Shown piece after piece: positions 43,831 through 56,300 of a stretch of 248,000 nucleotides of DNA. Below the pieces are notes generated by a model. That model was not told the origin of the DNA. It did not search any database and worked only from the letters and a program-made list of their open reading frames with translations. Numbering within the stretch: the first letter of the stretch is position 1; each line of letters begins with the position of its first letter. This stretch comes from Andalucia godoyi And28 (lineage: Eukaryota > Protista > Jakobida): assembly GCA_009859145.1 (NCBI GenBank), contig VRVR01000022.1, positions 20,001 through 268,000 of the forward strand, written 5' to 3'. The translations under genes were made by a program, and so were the position numbers.

Positions 43831-45447
43831 TTAGAATTCGTTGGAATGGGTTATCTGCAGTTCAAACGATGCTCGGAGTTGAGAGTAGATGGGGCGAAAC
43901 GATGGATCTGGGTCGGCGATCTTGACGAACAGTTCTGAGTCAAAGGACTGGACGAGCTCTGCCAGGGAGGTGCTTGGCGGCGATCGGGATTCTGCAAAGT
44001 GAACACCATGCCATGCTCGAACGGCAGCTCCGAGAGCGGCGAGGTTGGGGTTGCGATTTGCAAGACTGAAAACAGAAAGCTGAAATATATTTGCTGCAAT
44101 TTGGGCAATTTCTGTGCTCTGGGAAGCGCCACCGGCAAAGACAATCTTTGTGCCGGAGTGTTCGCGATCATGAGGATCCGACATGCCCATTGCGATGGAC
44201 CGCACAAGCATGGACACGAGTCGAGTTTCGATCACGGCCCGCAACTTTTCGCCGCAGGACAGTTCAGATACATGCTCCACTGGAATACCATCCTTCACAG
44301 CCACGATTGCCTCCAAGGGTCCCTGTACTGCGCAGTGCGGGGTGATTTCTGGAACCACATAGTGCACTGCAAGGTACTTCCCCGCGGATGCTGCAGACAA
44401 TCTCAAGAATGAATCGGTCTGCAGGGGGTCAGGTACAATCGAACGACGCGAAAGATCGCCGTTTGCGAAGCATAGCAGCGGGAAATACAAGAGTTGCGAT
44501 TCAGTAAACGGAGACGAAAACACATGGCCAAACGACTCTTGGGGTCGATAAGCACCAGTGAAGAAGGCGATTGTATCGGAAGTGCCCATTGACAAGGAGA
44601 TACCAGATGGATTGAAAAGCCCAGAGGAGAAATTGTCACCAGTGCCGACAACCACTCCAGGGCTCTGTTGATCCTCTGGCAATTTCAGCAGCTTACAGAA
44701 GCACGGACTTAGAACACCCGCGAGCTGGGAGCCGTCTGCACAAGACGGAAGCAAGCTTGCGAGCTGTGGAGAGATCTTATCCAGCAGAGGTCGGAACCAG
44801 TAGCGGTGCTGAACATCGAACAGGTTTGTTCCCGATGCATCGCCAAAGTCGATTGGAGCATACGAGCCTGTCAACACGGAGCATACAAAAGAAGAGACCA
44901 AATCAATGTGAACCAAATCCCGCACAGCATCCTTGCTCTGAGCTCGCAGAAACTTCACGATTTGACTTGCGGAAAACCGTTCGTGGGCTGTCGACCCGGT
45001 GATGACCGCAAGTTCGGACGCCCCACCGACCATTGACTCGAGCTCTTCACACTCTTTCCACGTTGAAGAGTCCATCCAGACTGGCGAGGAATAGGGAAGC
45101 AGCTGTGCGAAATCCTCCAGAGTCGTCGCAGCGGGGGTCAGCCGTTTGGCCCAGTACACCGTTCCGTGCATCTGTGCCGACACCGAAACTGCGCCTAGTT
45201 GCATGTCTTTACATGATTCACCTATTCTGCGGAACAGCTCAAACAATGCAGAAATCCACAGAAGAGGTGAAGAATGGACAACACGCTTGTCCGCACTCAG
45301 GAACTGCACCCCGCACGCCAGCCCAAAGGACGCAAACAACGGATCGTCAAACGAGATGCTTTCGACCGCCGTGATTCGTCGATGCAGAGTGTCAAACACG
45401 CATCCTTTGATGGACTGCGTCGAAAGGTCGATTCCCAGCGTCTTCAT
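43831..45447 (-). CDS. XYLB: Xylulose kinase
   Basis: LGIDLSTQ, SAQMHGTVYW, PVWMDSST, TGSTAHERF, DASGTNL, GDN. Confidence 0.9.
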   Translation of the reverse strand: MKTLGIDLSTQSIKGCVFDTLHRRITAVESISFDDPLFASFGLACGVQFLSADKRVVHSSPLLWISALFELFRRIGESCKDMQLGAVSVSAQMHGTVYWAKRLTPAATTLEDFAQLLPYSSPVWMDSSTWKECEELESMVGGASELAVITGSTAHERFSASQIVKFLRAQSKDAVRDLVHIDLVSSFVCSVLTGSYAPIDFGDASGTNLFDVQHRYWFRPLLDKISPQLASLLPSCADGSQLAGVLSPCFCKLLKLPEDQQSPGVVVGTGDNFSSGLFNPSGISLSMGTSDTIAFFTGAYRPQESFGHVFSSPFTESQLLYFPLLCFANGDLSRRSIVPDPLQTDSFLRLSAASAGKYLAVHYVVPEITPHCAVQGPLEAIVAVKDGIPVEHVSELSCGEKLRAVIETRLVSMLVRSIAMGMSDPHDREHSGTKIVFAGGASQSTEIAQIAANIFQLSVFSLANRNPNLAALGAAVRAWHGVHFAESRSPPSTSLAELVQSFDSELFVKIADPDPSFRPIYSQLRASFELQITHSNEF

Positions 45448-45634
45448 AGTTCATACGCGCTCTCCTGTTCCTGCTTCCTGCAGCTCTCGCGTCGCTCTCG
45501 ATCGATGAAATGTGATGGAGACAAGAAGACTGTAGTCGTGGTCCGTTGAGTCCCCCGTTTTCCCCCTCGTCGCAAGATCCGCAAAAAACGGAAGTCGACA
45601 AGTGGCATTTCGCCCAAGAACGACCGACTGTACT

Positions 45635-45708
45635 GCGAAAGTAGCTCAGCTGGGAGTAGCGTTCGACTGAAGATCGAAAGGTCGCGTGTTCAATCCACGC
45701 CTTTCGCA
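45635..45708 (+). tRNA. tRNA-Phe(GAA)
   Basis: GCGAAAG/CTTTCGC acceptor stem, CTGAAGA anticodon loop, GTTCAATC T-loop. Confidence 0.9.
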
Positions 45709-45894
45709 AATGTTTTTTGTTTTTCGTTTTATATTATCATCATCTTCCCCGACCGTCTTTATTCATGGGATCCATCCTTTTTCATTTGTTTTCTTTTTCT
45801 TTTTCTTTTTCTTCCGGGTTCCTCAAGACAAGGCGTCATTCTGGCTTGGGTTTTCACAAGAAAGAGGGGTTTGGTGGGGGGAGAAGAAAGTTTG

Positions 45895-48615
45895 ATGGAT
45901 CTGGAAAAGGTTGGTTCGGGCGATGTGTCTTCCTCGGAGAAGAAGGCCGAGTCGGCGTCTGTAAACCGAGCTGAACATCCTTCGTCGATGGACTCTCATT
46001 CGTCTTCTCCATCTTCTGTGTCCCACTCGGATTCGGAATCAGACAATGGAAACGACGTGTCGCGCAAATCGTCTCGTTCCAGGCACGGGATTCAAAAGGG
46101 ACCGTCGGATTCTGAGCCGCGGTCGAGCAGAAAAGGAAGGAAACGCGCGGCGAATTCGCCTTCTGAGAACGAACCATCTCCGAAGCGAGAGAGAATCGCG
46201 TTCATGTCGGAGCGACAGCAAATCCGGTTCTTGCTGGAAAGTACAATGAAGGAGGAAGAGTCGTTGTTGCCGGCTGCTGCCCTCAGCACGAACTTGTCGT
46301 CGTCAGCTGCAGGGAGCAATGCTGTTTCTGGAGTTAATGCGGATGCAAGTGCGAGTGTGAGTGTGAGTGGTAACAGTGTTAGTGCTGGTGCAGGTGCTGC
46401 TGGCGTATCACTGAGGGAGAGTGCTGAGTGCCCATTGCAGACGCATTGGGGAGTCTCGCTGACCAGCTTGCTTGCTCCACCGTCAGAAGAAAAGGAAGTT
46501 CCGTACCCGTCTGATATTACAGGATGGGTGGAGAGGCGCAGGCAGTTGTGGAAGCGGTCTGCCAATGATCCCGAGTCTTACTATTTCATGTACCCACATC
46601 CGGGGGACAAGATCAAGCGCGGGCCTCTGAACGACAAGGAAAGAGATACCATGAAGAACACTGTGCAGCTGTGGGAGGATTGGTCTGGAAAGTCCTGCGA
46701 AGGCGTGTGGGGTATCCTCAGTACGACAATGGTGAGCCGCACGGGAATGCAGTGGAAGAGCTACTTTGACAGTCTTGCGCTCGAAGCCTCGATTGCTGCC
46801 AACTCGACATCACCATCTGCCTCCAGCGTCGTGGTGCCGACGACAAAGAAAGGCAAGGAAAGAGATTCGAATATCCATAATCCAGCGACACCAACAAGCA
46901 CGGGACAGATGTCCTCGTTTGTGTCGTCGTCGTCGTCCAACGGTGGTGCGTCCGATAGCGAGATGAAGGGTCCAGAAATTGCGAGAAGATCTAGTTCTGC
47001 AAGCAACAAGAGCCGGCGAGACGATGATTCTACCCCGGTTTCGTCTTCTCCGTCAACATCCAAAGCACAAGACAGGCAAAAACTCAAGTTGGAGGATCCA
47101 AAGTCCACCGCCGCGCCCTCACCCTCCTCCGCAACGGCAAACGCAGTTTCGTTTTCATCAAAACCCAGTGCGTCCGCTCCAATGGACATCGATGACGAAA
47201 TATCCCATCATGAAGAAGCTCCGAAAACAGGTCGCTCGGCCTCCGCGTCATCCAGCTCGGAGAAACGCGCATCCGTCGAGTCTTCTTCTGTAAAATCGGA
47301 AGGACAATCCGATTTGGAAAGAATCCTCATGGCGCAGGAGACGCTGATGGTGGAAGTGATGGAATCCACGAAGCGGCACTCCCCGGCTGCCGAATCCGTT
47401 GCCAAGTCTGCTTCGAATAGCAATACCGCAATCAGCAAGGATCCTGCGGCGTCATCCAACGGACCAGTTCCAGTTCCAGTTTCAGCTCCGGCTCCAGCTC
47501 CAGCTCCGGCTCCGGCTCCGGTTGCGACTCCTGTTCTCCAAAAGTCAACGTCGGCAAATGATGTGAAGGCTGCAGAAGAGAAGAAAGAGAAGCGAAAGAA
47601 GATGCAAAGAGAGAGCAGGACTCTTTTGGAGAAGGCAAAGAACGATCGTGAAGTCCAAAATGTACGCGAAAATCAGGAACGCGAGAGAGAAAGAAGGCGC
47701 GAGTGGCCGTATGCTTCGAAGCGGACGACTCCTCTGCGGGACTCGCAATACTGCTGTGTGCAGATGACCGGGCATTATGACGGTATCATATCCGTGAAGA
47801 TTGCAGTCACGTCAGTTTCGGAGCCCAAGTCTGGAGCGGATATCGCGCTTTTTGACAACAAGGAATTTTCGTACGGATTCCACCTCGCTGTGAACGAGGA
47901 CGATTCGTCTTCGGACAGCGACGGCGAGAAGCCTTCAAAGCCTGTTGCGCTCGAGAACGCTGTGTTTTACGAATTCTGCAACGAGGACGTTGCGGCTTAT
48001 GATACTGCCAAATGCGAGCAACAAATTGCAGAGATTGATCGCCTTGTGGCTGTGCTTATGGAGCCCCTGAAGAAGCTGCGCTCCGGCGGGACTCCTCAAG
48101 ACGAAGATAGGCAAGCCCGACTCAGGGTCCTTTCGAGTCGCAAGTCCCTGCTTCTCGAGAGAAGAGACCGGATCTGGCTGGATGCAGGAGCACCCGAAGA
48201 AGAGTTGATCGAATGGAAACCAAAATTCAGGTTTGCGAGCATTACAGAATCTCTCCAGCTCATCAAAGCAAAGGTCGATGTGCCCTATGCGACGTCGGGC
48301 ACCACACACCCCATTGACCCCCCTGTTTCCATACAGGAGCGTTCGTATACTCTCAACGCAAAATACCGATTCGGCGCAACTCCATTCCACAAGGCCTGCT
48401 TGGAAATCGAGCACCAGGAATACCTGCTGCAGGATGTTGCGAACATCAGTGCGGCCAAGAAGCGCGACGAAGATGAATTGTTGCGAAACGTCGATCTCGA
48501 AAGACACGATCTCAGAAGACGATTGAGGGTCGAGTCCGAAACCAGAGATTTGCTGAGATCCTGGGACGCACAAGGGCGCCCTGTCTTTGACTGGGCACAG
48601 ATCATCAGCAAGTAA
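45895..48615 (+). CDS. Ser-rich nuclear protein with Myb/SANT-like region
   Basis: YYFMYP..G..IKRG..ERD..WGILS...RTGMQWKSYF; 900-aa ORF. Confidence 0.6.
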   Translation: MDLEKVGSGDVSSSEKKAESASVNRAEHPSSMDSHSSSPSSVSHSDSESDNGNDVSRKSSRSRHGIQKGPSDSEPRSSRKGRKRAANSPSENEPSPKRERIAFMSERQQIRFLLESTMKEEESLLPAAALSTNLSSSAAGSNAVSGVNADASASVSVSGNSVSAGAGAAGVSLRESAECPLQTHWGVSLTSLLAPPSEEKEVPYPSDITGWVERRRQLWKRSANDPESYYFMYPHPGDKIKRGPLNDKERDTMKNTVQLWEDWSGKSCEGVWGILSTTMVSRTGMQWKSYFDSLALEASIAANSTSPSASSVVVPTTKKGKERDSNIHNPATPTSTGQMSSFVSSSSSNGGASDSEMKGPEIARRSSSASNKSRRDDDSTPVSSSPSTSKAQDRQKLKLEDPKSTAAPSPSSATANAVSFSSKPSASAPMDIDDEISHHEEAPKTGRSASASSSSEKRASVESSSVKSEGQSDLERILMAQETLMVEVMESTKRHSPAAESVAKSASNSNTAISKDPAASSNGPVPVPVSAPAPAPAPAPAPVATPVLQKSTSANDVKAAEEKKEKRKKMQRESRTLLEKAKNDREVQNVRENQERERERRREWPYASKRTTPLRDSQYCCVQMTGHYDGIISVKIAVTSVSEPKSGADIALFDNKEFSYGFHLAVNEDDSSSDSDGEKPSKPVALENAVFYEFCNEDVAAYDTAKCEQQIAEIDRLVAVLMEPLKKLRSGGTPQDEDRQARLRVLSSRKSLLLERRDRIWLDAGAPEEELIEWKPKFRFASITESLQLIKAKVDVPYATSGTTHPIDPPVSIQERSYTLNAKYRFGATPFHKACLEIEHQEYLLQDVANISAAKKRDEDELLRNVDLERHDLRRRLRVESETRDLLRSWDAQGRPVFDWAQIISK

Positions 48616-48744
48616 ATCCACAAGCACACAAGCACTGCCCGCTGCCGCATAGCTCAACCCATTCGTGGACTTCGCCCCTCCCCAAACCCAACATCAGGAT
48701 CTCCTATGCAGTTGACCATTTTGTGCATCGACGTTGAGCATCAA

Positions 48745-48930
48745 ACAATATCATACCAGACGTTTGTTTGTCTGAACCCAAAAACATCTCATGCCTCCAA
48801 AGAGGGATCTTCCCAACAAACTCAAACCGGCCATTCCCGGAGATACCGAGAACCAAGAAACTCGTGGTTGCGATGACCCTCTGATGCAGAGCAATCTGCA
48901 TTTGAAAGCATTAGTACTCGCCCCCAATTA
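48745..48930 (+). repeat. Dispersed repeat E copy 2
   Basis: Homologous to 21177-21297 and 140790-140970 (inverted relative to them on the plus strand). Confidence 0.65.
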
Positions 48931-49267
48931 AAGAAGCAAAACAAAACATGTGGCTTGGATCCGTCTTCGGTGACAGCCCAGTCCGATGATCTGCTGTATT
49001 TTCATGTCTTTGGCGAGCGAGCAGTGAAAACACGGAGACGTCTCATGCACACCTGCTGTAAGATCTCTCAGCACCTTTGGGTATTTCGCTCTTGGTTTTC
49101 AGAGAGCCAAAACACCTTTTCTTCAGCTTTATTTTTCAATGGTTTTTTGGTTTTTTGGTTTTTTGGTTTTTCTGAAAATCCCATTTTCTTCTCGTACTTT
49201 TCTTCTTCTTCTTTTAGATACATACATTGTTTGAATTAGCAAGTCATAGCGGAGCTTAACGAAAACC

Positions 49268-51316
49268 ATGACGAAGAAACGGTCGAATCCCTCTGAGCCG
49301 ACAGATGAGGCAATTGAGCCCAGTTCTGAGCATCGGCCTTCTAAAAAGGCAAAAGTAGCTGCTGCTTCGGCGGGTACTGCGGAGAAGCAGCCTGCATTGC
49401 GAAACTATGTCGAACCGGATGCGGCGGATGTGGACACTGCGTCAAAGCCGAGGAAAGTTGGAGTGAAGAAGTCGAGAAATTCCAAGCAGGATATTCAGAT
49501 CGAGACGTACAACGCAGAGACTGCAGAAGAGGAATTCGCGACCAAGAAGCCGTCTTCTGCGAAGCAAGTGCACAGACAACAACACAAGGCCGATGAAGAC
49601 CAAGCGAAAGTGGTGGTGGAGGAGGAGAACAAAAAGAAGAACGAAAACGAGAAGGGGGTCGGTGCTGTGGAATCGACAAAGCTGAGTACCGGAACAGGCA
49701 AACTTGCAGAATCGATCTTTTCAAACAAGTCGTTCACAGAGCTGGATCTTTCACCTGAGACGCTTCGTGCGATCAGGGACATGAATTTCACGACGATGAC
49801 GGAGATCCAGGCTCGGTCGATTCCTGCTCTGATGGCTGGTCGCGATGTTCTTGGTCAGGCAAAGACGGGTTCTGGAAAGACGCTGGCGTTTTTGATTCCG
49901 ATTGTCGAATTGCTGCGGAAGGCTCGGTTCATGCCGAGAAACGGCACGGGGACCATCATCATTGCACCGACCCGCGAGCTCGCCCTCCAGATTTACAATG
50001 TTGTGAGAGAAGTTTGCAAGTATCATTCACAGACTCACGGAATTGTTATGGGAGGCGCGAATCGATCGAATGAGGCAGACAAGCTGACGAAAGGAGTCAA
50101 TATTTTGGTTGCGACTCCGGGACGCTTGTTGGATCATTTGAAGAACACGAAGGGATTTGTGTTTAAAAACCTGCTTGCACTTGTCATTGATGAAGCAGAC
50201 CGTATCTTGGAAGTGGGTTTCGAGGAGGAAATGCATGAGATTATGCGAATTCTTCCTCCGCACCAAAAGAATTTGTCGTATGCAGGAAAGAACGAGGCTC
50301 TCAAGTCCAATGAATATGACAATGCGAACGAAGACGACTCGGACAAGAAGAAGAACAGTATGGGGAGCGAGTTCCGTCAAACTGTCTTGTTTTCTGCGAC
50401 CCAAACGACCAAGGTCGAGGATCTAGCGCGTGTCTCCTTCGCTGGAACAAAGCCGCCATTGTATATTTCTGTGGACGAGGACAAGTCCACGTCGACGGCA
50501 GCCAATCTTGAACAAGGATATGTTGTGTGTTCCGCGGACAAGCGATTTTTGCTGTTGTACACCTTCTTGAAGAAGAATGCAAAGGGAAAGAAGATCATTG
50601 TGTTCTTGTCATCCTGCAATTCTGTGAAGTTCCATGCTGAACTGCTGAACTACATTGACTTGCCCGTCGTTGATCTCCATGGAAAGCAAAAGCAAAGCAA
50701 GCGCACCAAGACCTTTTTCGAGTTTTGCAATGCAGAATCCGGCATTTTGCTGTGCACGGACGTCGCAGCTCGAGGTCTCGACATCCCAGAGGTCGACTGG
50801 ATTGTCCAGTATGATCCTCCAGATGATCCAAAGGAGTACATCCACCGTGTCGGAAGAACCGCTCGTGCCGGCGGCCGCGGACGTGCCCTTCTCTTCTTGC
50901 TTCCGGAAGAGCTCGGGTTCCTGAAGTACCTCAAGGAGGCAAAGGTTCCGCTGAACGAGTATGAGTTTCCGGAAAACAAGATTGCGAATGTGCAGGCTCA
51001 GCTCGAAAAGCTCGTGGAAAAGAACTACTACCTCCACCAATCTGCGAAGGATGCGTACCGATCCTATCTTCAATCGTATGCATCGCACTCGCACAAGGAG
51101 ATCTTCAACGTGCACGCTCTCGATCTTCAAAAGATTGCACATGGTTTTGGATTTTCCGTTCCTCCGCGTGTTGACTTGAAAATTGCAGACTCTGGAAAGG
51201 GAAAGGCCATCCGGAAGCGTGGAGGCGGAGGCGGATTTGGTGCTTCTGACTGGGGAAAGAAGCACTTTTCGAAACACGCAGGTGGCCCCTCGTCGTCGGA
51301 CAGAAGGTCGCGATAA
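49268..51316 (+). CDS. DDX18: DEAD-box RNA helicase HAS1/DDX18
   Basis: [56 protein letters not shown]. Confidence 0.95.
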   Translation: MTKKRSNPSEPTDEAIEPSSEHRPSKKAKVAAASAGTAEKQPALRNYVEPDAADVDTASKPRKVGVKKSRNSKQDIQIETYNAETAEEEFATKKPSSAKQVHRQQHKADEDQAKVVVEEENKKKNENEKGVGAVESTKLSTGTGKLAESIFSNKSFTELDLSPETLRAIRDMNFTTMTEIQARSIPALMAGRDVLGQAKTGSGKTLAFLIPIVELLRKARFMPRNGTGTIIIAPTRELALQIYNVVREVCKYHSQTHGIVMGGANRSNEADKLTKGVNILVATPGRLLDHLKNTKGFVFKNLLALVIDEADRILEVGFEEEMHEIMRILPPHQKNLSYAGKNEALKSNEYDNANEDDSDKKKNSMGSEFRQTVLFSATQTTKVEDLARVSFAGTKPPLYISVDEDKSTSTAANLEQGYVVCSADKRFLLLYTFLKKNAKGKKIIVFLSSCNSVKFHAELLNYIDLPVVDLHGKQKQSKRTKTFFEFCNAESGILLCTDVAARGLDIPEVDWIVQYDPPDDPKEYIHRVGRTARAGGRGRALLFLLPEELGFLKYLKEAKVPLNEYEFPENKIANVQAQLEKLVEKNYYLHQSAKDAYRSYLQSYASHSHKEIFNVHALDLQKIAHGFGFSVPPRVDLKIADSGKGKAIRKRGGGGGFGASDWGKKHFSKHAGGPSSSDRRSR

Positions 51317-52142
51317 ATTTTTTTTTATTTAAAAAGTAGAATTTCTGCGGGTGCTTACTCTTGCGTCACGTACTGGGATAAAATACACTGTGTCTGGATC
51401 AGTTGTGGGAGAGGTGGGGGTCGTCTTGTGAACAGCATGCGTCGTGAGCAGCAAGAGAGGACGGAGATGCAAGAGAACCAGGCCTCCATCCGCTGTATAA
51501 ATACATTAAAAAAACCACCACAAACAAAAATTGCACGATACAACATGCATGAGAGGCACGTAATGAGGCCTTGATTATGAAAGTCATTAACCTAATACAA
51601 GGCAGGAGAACTCTCCCCCGAAAAAAAAACCCTAGCCACGGAACCTCACTAGGGTTTTTTGCACGTCCCGTTCATTCCTCATTTGCCATATGATTTTGAA
51701 TTTTTCTGCGCAGAAAAGTTATTCGATTCTTATTTTGTTTTTCTTGTGTGTTTTGTTTGCTTGTGTTGGCGTAGAAAAGGTTTGTATTCTATTATTATCC
51801 TTCTTTTCATTCTGCTGGTCTCGGGATTCGTCGTGCTGCACAGCTTGTTGAAATTCGCGTTTTCTTTTCCAATTCGCTCGATAGTCTTGTGTTTGTCATC
51901 ATTCTTCTGTCGTCGGAATTGGTCAAGGCGAGATTTTTTTCAACAGTAGTGGTTGTTGTCGTTGCTGTCATTTCGTCTTTGATACACTCTGTCTGCAGCA
52001 GTCGCTCTATCCGTGCATCCCCTTCTTCTTTTTTTCCCCCTGCCGTTTTCCGAGAACTGTCGACTAATCTTGTTTATTGAACCCGCAACCTTTGTGTTCG
52101 TGTTTTTCTGCATTTATCTTTCCGACTCGCTTTTTAGAAACA

Positions 52143-52805
52143 ATGAAGCTCAACTTTGCGTACCCTGCCACCGGAGCACAGAAGACCATCGAGGTCGATG
52201 ATGACAAGAAGTTGTCTCATGTGTACGACAAGCGCATTGCCCAGGAAGTGGTTCTTGACTTTTTGGGAGGTGAGTTCACCGGCTATGTTGCCAAGATTAC
52301 CGGAGGACATGATAAGCAAGGTTTTGCCATGCGCCAGGGAGTTCTCGCCGCATCGCGTGTGAGCCTTTTGCTTCCCATTGGTCTTGGAAACCGCCGTGGT
52401 CGCAAGGGTGAGCGTGCCCGCAAGGCCGTTCGTGGATGCATTGTTGCCCACGATGTTGCCGTGCTGCACCTCGTTATTGTCAAGAAGGGACCTTCTGAAA
52501 TCTCCGGATTGACTGACCGCGTTGTTCCCCGCCGCCTTGGACCCAAGCGTGCGTCGAACATCCGCAAGCTCTTCTTGCTGAGCAAGGGAGACGATGTCCG
52601 CAAGTACGTTGTCAAGCGCACGATCAACAAGGACGGAAAGACCCGCCCCAAGATCAAGGCCCCGAAGATCCAGCGTCTGGTTACCCCCCAGAGACTTCAG
52701 CACAAGCGCCAGATCATTGCAGCCAAGAAGCAGCGCCACGTCCGTGCCGCTGAATCCGCAAAGGCATACGCTGATATGCTCTCCAACCGCAAGGTCCAAG
52801 CGTAA
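52143..52805 (+). CDS. RPS6: 40S ribosomal protein S6
   Basis: [54 protein letters not shown]. Confidence 0.97.
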   Translation: MKLNFAYPATGAQKTIEVDDDKKLSHVYDKRIAQEVVLDFLGGEFTGYVAKITGGHDKQGFAMRQGVLAASRVSLLLPIGLGNRRGRKGERARKAVRGCIVAHDVAVLHLVIVKKGPSEISGLTDRVVPRRLGPKRASNIRKLFLLSKGDDVRKYVVKRTINKDGKTRPKIKAPKIQRLVTPQRLQHKRQIIAAKKQRHVRAAESAKAYADMLSNRKVQA

Positions 52806-53105
52806 AGAAGAAGAAATTTGTTTCTACAATTAGAAGCTGTTGTGTTGTCGTGTCCTTTATTTTTTTCATTAATTATAGTGTGCTTCGGGTTTGGATATTT
52901 TTGCCTGGATTCTCGAAGACGGAAGATCGTACATTTGCTTTTCTTTTATTTATTGTATTTGTATTTGTATTTGTATTTGTATTTTTTCCACCGAACAGTT
53001 TTTAGCTTGGTTCTTTGGTTCTCGGAATGGATTGTGTTCTCGCAAAGATTTTCAGGGTTTTTGCGTTCTGCTAAGTGTTGGCATTGTTCTCATACGAATG
53101 GGAAG

Positions 53106-53555
53106 ATGCGCAGCCCTTCCCCGCTTTCACGGCAACTCGCCATCACGCTGAATCCGCTGGAACCCGAGTCGTCTGCATCTCGCGCGACGCCGATAGGAAG
53201 TGCCGTGTCCCTGGACGGATTGCAGGAATCTGCAAATCAGCCACTCAGTGTGCTGGATGCCATTAAACGGGAGTTTCCGGATCTGTACGAGCTTCATGCA
53301 GAGCGTATTGGGTTTTCACTGCTTGCCATCACCGACTGGCATCTGAATCCGCCAGCAGACGTGACCATCCGTGCGTCAAAGGGCCTTCTCACTCATGTCA
53401 GCCGAGTGCTCTTTCGCAACCCGTGGGTTTCCGTGCTAGATTACGCAAACACCGTATGCAAGATCACTTCGCAGTATCTTACGCGAGTATACAGCTCACC
53501 TCTTGCGGATGAATCACCTCATCGATTAACGCCAGACCCCCCATCGCCGCTTTGA
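53106..53555 (+). CDS. Hypothetical protein
   Basis: 149-codon ORF with coding-like composition; no recognised motif. Confidence 0.3.
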   Translation: MRSPSPLSRQLAITLNPLEPESSASRATPIGSAVSLDGLQESANQPLSVLDAIKREFPDLYELHAERIGFSLLAITDWHLNPPADVTIRASKGLLTHVSRVLFRNPWVSVLDYANTVCKITSQYLTRVYSSPLADESPHRLTPDPPSPL

Positions 53556-53672
53556 TCCCTCATGAACCGGGTCCGAGACCGCGATCGAAACTGCGATCGA
53601 GAAGACGCGATTAAGGACAAAAAAGTGTGGTAACAGCAGTCAATCAAGAAAGAGCCTCTCTCATATATGTAA

Positions 53673-53722
<50 letters not shown>

Positions 53723-53798
53723 TTAAAATTGCAACGAGATGAAACAGCTCGAAACGAAAAAGAAGAAGAAAAAAGGCGGCGAAGAACTATGTAATGAG

Positions 53799-54674
53799 CT
53801 AGATTAGGAAAGGAATGAGGGCTTTGCGAGATGGAGGAAACTCGCCCGGGAATGTTCGAAGATACCATCTGCGGGTAGCGAGGGAGCGAGGAAGAAACGT
53901 GGAGAGACCGAAAAGAGCCCACAGAACCCCAATGAGGGATGCTGTGGCGATGGCATATCCAATCCATTCGACAAGTTCACCAAAGTAGTTTGGGTTCGTC
54001 ACGAGTCGAAAGAGCCCTGCGTGCGGAACCTTGTATGTGGCGCTGCGGGGCGTGAGAGCCTGTGACTCGGACTCGGGTTGCGACTTTGGATCGGAGGTCG
54101 CTGCTGCCTTCCGTAGTTCCCGAAGCGAATAGTCGGCCCAGCGGTTGATTACGTATCCAATCACAAAGAGAAGAGAGCCAAGAATGAAGCACGGCGAATA
54201 AAAGTAGGAATTCCCGTAGTCGGTGCTTGCCAAATGAAGAGCAAATCCCGCGGAGAAGGTGTAATTTGGAATCATTCCCCCGATGCATATCCCAAGCGGG
54301 GTCGTTTTCGCCGAATACCGCATCGTAAGCGGATGGACTAGTCCGCGATGGAGATAATGTGCGACGTAATATCCGACAAGAACGATTGCAGGCACATCAA
54401 CTTGCCCACTTTGAACCACAAGCCCCACAAACAGTGCCGGAGTAAGCAGCGCACCCGGCGGAAAGTCCGACAAAATATGCGCAAGTCGTTGCGGAATCTC
54501 GATTTGGCTTGATCTGCCCGCCGTTTCCGCCGCCGTCGCAAATTTCCCATAATTCGCCGGCTTCCCAAACTGGACCACAAACGACGAAACAATCAGAATC
54601 GCCGCGAATCCACAGAGTGCATAATACACGATTGAAACCGTTGTACAACACAAAAGAAAAAACGGCTCCGCCAT
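53799..54674 (-). CDS. Steroid 5-alpha-reductase family protein
   Basis: YGK, HYLHR, YKVPHAGLF..VTNPNYFGELVEW, RWY..FP..RKALIPF. Confidence 0.9.
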   Translation of the reverse strand: MAEPFFLLCCTTVSIVYYALCGFAAILIVSSFVVQFGKPANYGKFATAAETAGRSSQIEIPQRLAHILSDFPPGALLTPALFVGLVVQSGQVDVPAIVLVGYYVAHYLHRGLVHPLTMRYSAKTTPLGICIGGMIPNYTFSAGFALHLASTDYGNSYFYSPCFILGSLLFVIGYVINRWADYSLRELRKAAATSDPKSQPESESQALTPRSATYKVPHAGLFRLVTNPNYFGELVEWIGYAIATASLIGVLWALFGLSTFLPRSLATRRWYLRTFPGEFPPSRKALIPFLI

Positions 54675-54974
54675 TGCGTATGTATATATATATGTGTGTG
54701 TATGTATATGTATATATTCTCGGGAGTGTCTCAACTCCCAAATCACCACCTCGAAGTCGACAGATCACACACACACTTACACCAAATACCAAAAGGAGGA
54801 ATTGAAAAAAAAAATGTCAAAATTCGGACATTGCGCCACTGGAGTTCATGACTACGACCAGCGGCAGGTTTTTTTGTTGTTCTTTTGTTTTTACGACTGA
54901 GAAAAAAGAGTGCGCATTCAAAAAAAGCTGACGGAGAATGCTCAATAAGAAGGTGCAGGTCCGTTTGGCCGCTT

Positions 54975-56300
54975 CTATTCGAGCCAGTGTATGGACAGAG
55001 AAGCAGCGGGCTGGGGCTGGCCTTCTGTCCACCGTTCTCCCGATGCACACGCGATGAGCGGATACCCGGGGATTGGGCAGACGGATACGCCGTTGATGCA
55101 GTGGTGCGACGGGAGGTTGGTAGAAACGGAGTACACCTTGGAAGGCGTCGAGACTGTCACTGCATCTTCGGAACCCGTGTTTGAGTTCAGTTCCCTTGCA
55201 CTACGCATGTCAAATGCGCAGATTTCAGACGCTCGATTGCCAGTGTACAGGGTTTGTCCGTCATGCGAAAGAGAAATCTGCATTCGTTGGAAGCTCAGGC
55301 TCGTCGATTTCAGCGCCGCGGAAGGCAGGATGCCCGGTCGATGAACTTCGGTCATGATTCGCATCGTCCGAATGTCCCAAACACACACTCGCGGATCTGG
55401 GCTCCGAGAGACTGAGAACAGCTCCAATCCGCTCGCGACCATTTGAACCACTCCGCCAAAATGGCCTTGGAGCACCATCGCCGGTTGGTTTGCCGGAGAC
55501 AGCTGATCATAGATTCGAATCGAGCCGTCTGTGCACCCAGCAGCGAACAAGTGCGCGGACCCATGAAGGGAACAGAGAGCAGTGGCGAGTGGGGTTCGTG
55601 CGAGTCCGGCGTGGCCTGCAGTGTCGAGCTTGAGCCGCCTTGCATACACAGGACTCGATCCAGGAACCATGGGATCGAACAGAGCAACTGTGCTGTTTGC
55701 AAAGCCTGCAGCCATTCGAACCGCATGCGCAACAGCACTTTCATTGTCCTTTTCTTGATTTGCAAAAGACACGAAATTGCACGAAACCGGATGGACGAAC
55801 GACCCCTTGGCGTATCTATCGTCCAAGGAATACGAAGCTCGCGATGCACCAGTAAACCCGTCGACAAGACGCAGGGGCTGTGCGTGCTGTGCGCACAGAA
55901 TTCCACATGTCGGCGGGTCTGCCGAGCTCATCCATGGATACCACACATAATCATAAATCCTGTCGTGACACAGCAGTCCACGAGCCGAGGGACCAGACAG
56001 CTCCGCCGGCATGCCAGACGCGGACGGACACTCGAAAAACGATGCGTCAGCCGGCGTAATCAGACTGTCGTACACCTGAAGCTCAGAATGTGTGTCGCCT
56101 GCCAGCGACTCGCGGGTATGACACGTCAGAAGACAGCTGCCATCCGGTGACCATTGTACTCCATGGTACAGCACCGCCCGTGCTCCAGACGCAGGAACAC
56201 CTTCAGCCTCGGTGTCAGTCCCAGTGCTAGCCCCAGTAGCAGTGTCATGCTCGCTGTCGCTGAGAGGAGTCGCTACTGCAGTCGACTTAAAGAGTCGCAT
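54975..56300 (-). CDS. WRAP53: TCAB1/WRAP53-like WD40 protein
   Basis: WSPDGSCLLT, IYDYVWYPWMSS.DP, QPLRLVDGFTG..RASY, WDIR. Confidence 0.8.
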   Translation of the reverse strand: MRLFKSTAVATPLSDSEHDTATGASTGTDTEAEGVPASGARAVLYHGVQWSPDGSCLLTCHTRESLAGDTHSELQVYDSLITPADASFFECPSASGMPAELSGPSARGLLCHDRIYDYVWYPWMSSADPPTCGILCAQHAQPLRLVDGFTGASRASYSLDDRYAKGSFVHPVSCNFVSFANQEKDNESAVAHAVRMAAGFANSTVALFDPMVPGSSPVYARRLKLDTAGHAGLARTPLATALCSLHGSAHLFAAGCTDGSIRIYDQLSPANQPAMVLQGHFGGVVQMVASGLELFSVSRSPDPRVCVWDIRTMRIMTEVHRPGILPSAALKSTSLSFQRMQISLSHDGQTLYTGNRASEICAFDMRSARELNSNTGSEDAVTVSTPSKVYSVSTNLPSHHCINGVSVCPIPGYPLIACASGERWTEGQPQPAASLSIHWLE

